In this document: one piece after another, positions 32,706 to 34,209 of the stretch
How positions within the stretch are numbered: the stretch's first letter is position 1
How the letters are laid out: every line of letters begins with the position of its first letter
Assembly (NCBI GenBank): GCA_046757145.1
Contig: JBHHXS010000002.1
Coordinates: 1-34,209 of the forward strand
From: Phycisphaerae bacterium
Lineage (GTDB): Bacteria; Planctomycetota; Phycisphaerae; UBA1845
DNA: 34,209 nt
Direction of reading: 5' to 3'
Program-made: the position numbers and the translations under genes
The notes under the pieces: model-generated
Databases searched by the model: none
Seen by the model: only the letters and a program-made list of their open reading frames with translations
What the model was told of the DNA's origin: nothing

Positions 32706-33929
32706 TTACAGCCGTTCGAGGTGCAACTTGAGACCGTCCAGATTCTCCAGGAGATAGTCGGCTTCCTTGTCCATCAAGTCAGCACATGACTTCTTCTGGT
32801 CGATATTCGGGATGATGTGAGGTTGAGAGGCCCCGAATTTCTCCATTTGCGCCCACGGAAACTTGTGCTCTGCCATCCAGGCGGCGAGTTTCCCTTGCGG
32901 AGTCTCGAGCTCCGTTTCCTCAGTGGCCTTTCCTGCATCACTGTCTGGCGCAGAAGGCGTTTCAGACGCCGGGGGGGTATCACCACCCTCGGAAGCCTGT
33001 TTCTGCGCTTGCGGGGCCTCTACGGGCGATTCTGGGGCCGCAGCAGCCTTCTTGGGCGGTCGGCCTCGAGGTTTGGCCTTCGGTTTCGCAGCCGGTGGTG
33101 GTGGCGGGGGCGGATTCTGAGGTGGCGGTTCAGGTGCCTTCGCGGGCGCGAGCACATCAACGGTGGTTTCAGGCAGGAACCCGCCTCCTGATGTTGGCGA
33201 CGTGAAGTCCGGTGTAGCGACCTTCATTTGCTTGTGCTCGTACTGATCGTCGTCTCGCTCGATCACGTCACGCGTCTCAGGCGACATCGACACCCACTTC
33301 GTCAGGCGACGGAACACCGTCTTCTTGGACATCTCCCGGTAGTCTGTCAGCCACGGCCCGTCGTTGGCTGCCCGCGACCGTTTACGAACGGCCTCTACCT
33401 CGTCCTTGCCCATGACCTCGAACTTCTCGCTGCCATCCTTGAACCGCACAACGGCGTATACGGCGTACATGTCACCGCGCGGTTTCCTGAAGTCGATCTG
33501 ATGACGCCTCACGATGCCCAGATCGTATTCGAATTTGTCATTCTCGCACACCGCATCGGCATGGATGTTCGAGATCTTGCCAGTCGCCATCACCAGATCG
33601 ACCATGCCTTTGTAGTCGATGATCAACTGGACCTCATACGCGTTCAGTTTGCTGTTCCAGAACGGCACCAGGTGCGCGCGCCGACCATCCGGCTCCAGTC
33701 CGAGTGCGCTCAGGTCCATCAACGCACGCACGAACGTCGCCCGATCTGCATCCAGCAACTTCGGAGTGCGCGTCATTGCCTGAATCGTTATCCGCGTGAA
33801 CCGCTCCACGGTGAGGTGTTTCGGTAGCATTTCAGTAACGGCCCGCTGAAACTTCTTACCCCGGACCAGCTCCATCAACCCGCGCGGATCCTGTGATGTC
33901 TTCTCCATTGCCTGTGTTTGTTCGCTCAT
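32706..33929 (-). CDS. recT: RecT-family single-strand annealing protein with a Pro-rich/AT-hook linker and an extra C-terminal domain (407 aa from the ATG)
   Basis: LPKHLTVERFTRITIQAM ... GLEPDGRRAHLVPF ... QLIIDYKGMVDLVMATGKISNIHADAVCENDKFEYD is the RecT core. The start was set at MSEQTQ using ORF-track frame arithmetic. The track's TTG start at 34166 would translate the hexamer repeat as (VE/VG)n. Confidence 0.85.
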   Translation of the reverse strand: MSEQTQAMEKTSQDPRGLMELVRGKKFQRAVTEMLPKHLTVERFTRITIQAMTRTPKLLDADRATFVRALMDLSALGLEPDGRRAHLVPFWNSKLNAYEVQLIIDYKGMVDLVMATGKISNIHADAVCENDKFEYDLGIVRRHQIDFRKPRGDMYAVYAVVRFKDGSEKFEVMGKDEVEAVRKRSRAANDGPWLTDYREMSKKTVFRRLTKWVSMSPETRDVIERDDDQYEHKQMKVATPDFTSPTSGGGFLPETTVDVLAPAKAPEPPPQNPPPPPPPAAKPKAKPRGRPPKKAAAAPESPVEAPQAQKQASEGGDTPPASETPSAPDSDAGKATEETELETPQGKLAAWMAEHKFPWAQMEKFGASQPHIIPNIDQKKSCADLMDKEADYLLENLDGLKLHLERL

Positions 33930-33960
33930 AACCTTACTTTTCAATATTCGTTTGTGTTTT

Positions 33961-34160
33961 ACCACGACCCCGACCTCGACCACGACCTCGACGCCGACCT
34001 CGACTCCGACCTCGACGCCGACCTCGACGCCGACCTCGACGCCGACCTCGACGCCGACCCCGACTCCGACCTCGACCACGACCACGACCACGACCACGAC
34101 CTCGACCTCGACCCCGACCTCGACCCCGACCTCGACCTCGACCCCGACCTCGACCTCGAC
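33961..34160. repeat. About 198 bp uninterrupted hexamer microsatellite (GAC-NNC)x33, with sub-arrays (GACCTCGACGCC)x4 and (GACCAC)x4
   Basis: Read directly. In the plus frame it spells 33 consecutive Asp-X dipeptides (DPDLDHDLDADLDSDLDADLDADLDADLDADPDSDLDHDHDHDHDLDLDPDLDPDLDLDPDLDLDH). Several reading frames on both strands run open through it (three ORFs in the track span it). It is followed by an AT-rich 45 bp at the window edge. Confidence 0.9.
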
Positions 34161-34209
34161 CACCAATTATATGTACCTACATAATTAGCTATATTCATAA
34201 TTACACCTG

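Noticed and set aside
33228-33827. 199 aa plus-strand ORF
   Set aside because: It is antisense to the RecT core.
33895-33965. While hand-translating, my reading of the printed bases in this stretch seemed offset by one base relative to the ORF-track translations
   Set aside because: I attribute this to my own reading error rather than to biology such as a frameshift. Coordinates for the recT start and the repeat borders therefore rely on ORF-track frame arithmetic and may be off by 1 nt.
33961-34160. Possible CRISPR array
   Set aside because: The unit is only 6 bp with no unique spacers, and no cas genes are nearby. The Cas4-like exonuclease is the RecT partner type. This is a microsatellite, not a CRISPR array.
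33930-34166. TTG-initiated (VE/VG)n N-terminal extension of RecT, plus the other repeat-spanning ORFs (33918..34184, 33952..34188, 33959..34198)
   Set aside because: These frames stay open only because the hexamer repeat lacks stop codons in them, and RecT homology starts at MSEQTQ. I kept this as a finding because translation cannot be excluded from sequence alone.
1-34209. Integrase, attachment sites, transposase/IS elements, lysis genes, RNA polymerase
   Set aside because: None of the translated ORFs shows the corresponding motifs. These functions, if present, lie outside the window, so lysogeny and the type of mobility cannot be judged.

Overview
The window reads as a nearly gene-saturated segment of a tailed-phage or prophage genome, transcribed mostly on the minus strand. 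From right to left on that strand: (1) a ~200 bp hexamer microsatellite. (2) A recombination/replication module: RecT with a C-terminal extension, a Cas4-like PD-(D/E)XK exonuclease, small nuclease-like and DUF3820-like proteins, a DUF1376-type replication organiser with iteron-like repeats inside its gene, DnaB helicase, and a DnaA-domain-IV-like HTH protein. (3) A visibly GC-richer six-gene cassette on the plus strand ending in an ArdC-type antirestriction protein. (4) Middle genes: an HTH protein, an orphan beta-class DNA methyltransferase, tandem Cys-rich paralogs, and separate P-loop kinase and HAD phosphatase genes. (5) A P22-like morphogenesis order of large terminase, portal, scaffold and major capsid protein. 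(6) A 143 aa protein and a giant tail-fibre/depolymerase ORF of at least 1433 codons that runs off the left edge and is absent from the supplied ORF track. The most unusual feature is a ~6.9 kb island between the portal and scaffold genes. It encodes about five glycosyltransferase domains, three of them fused in one 914 aa protein, and four different SAM-methyltransferase-like proteins. I interpret it as a candidate virion glycan-building, O-methylating system. All functional calls rest on motifs recognised by eye and on gene order; no database search was run. No rRNA, tRNA, CRISPR array, integrase or transposase was recognised.
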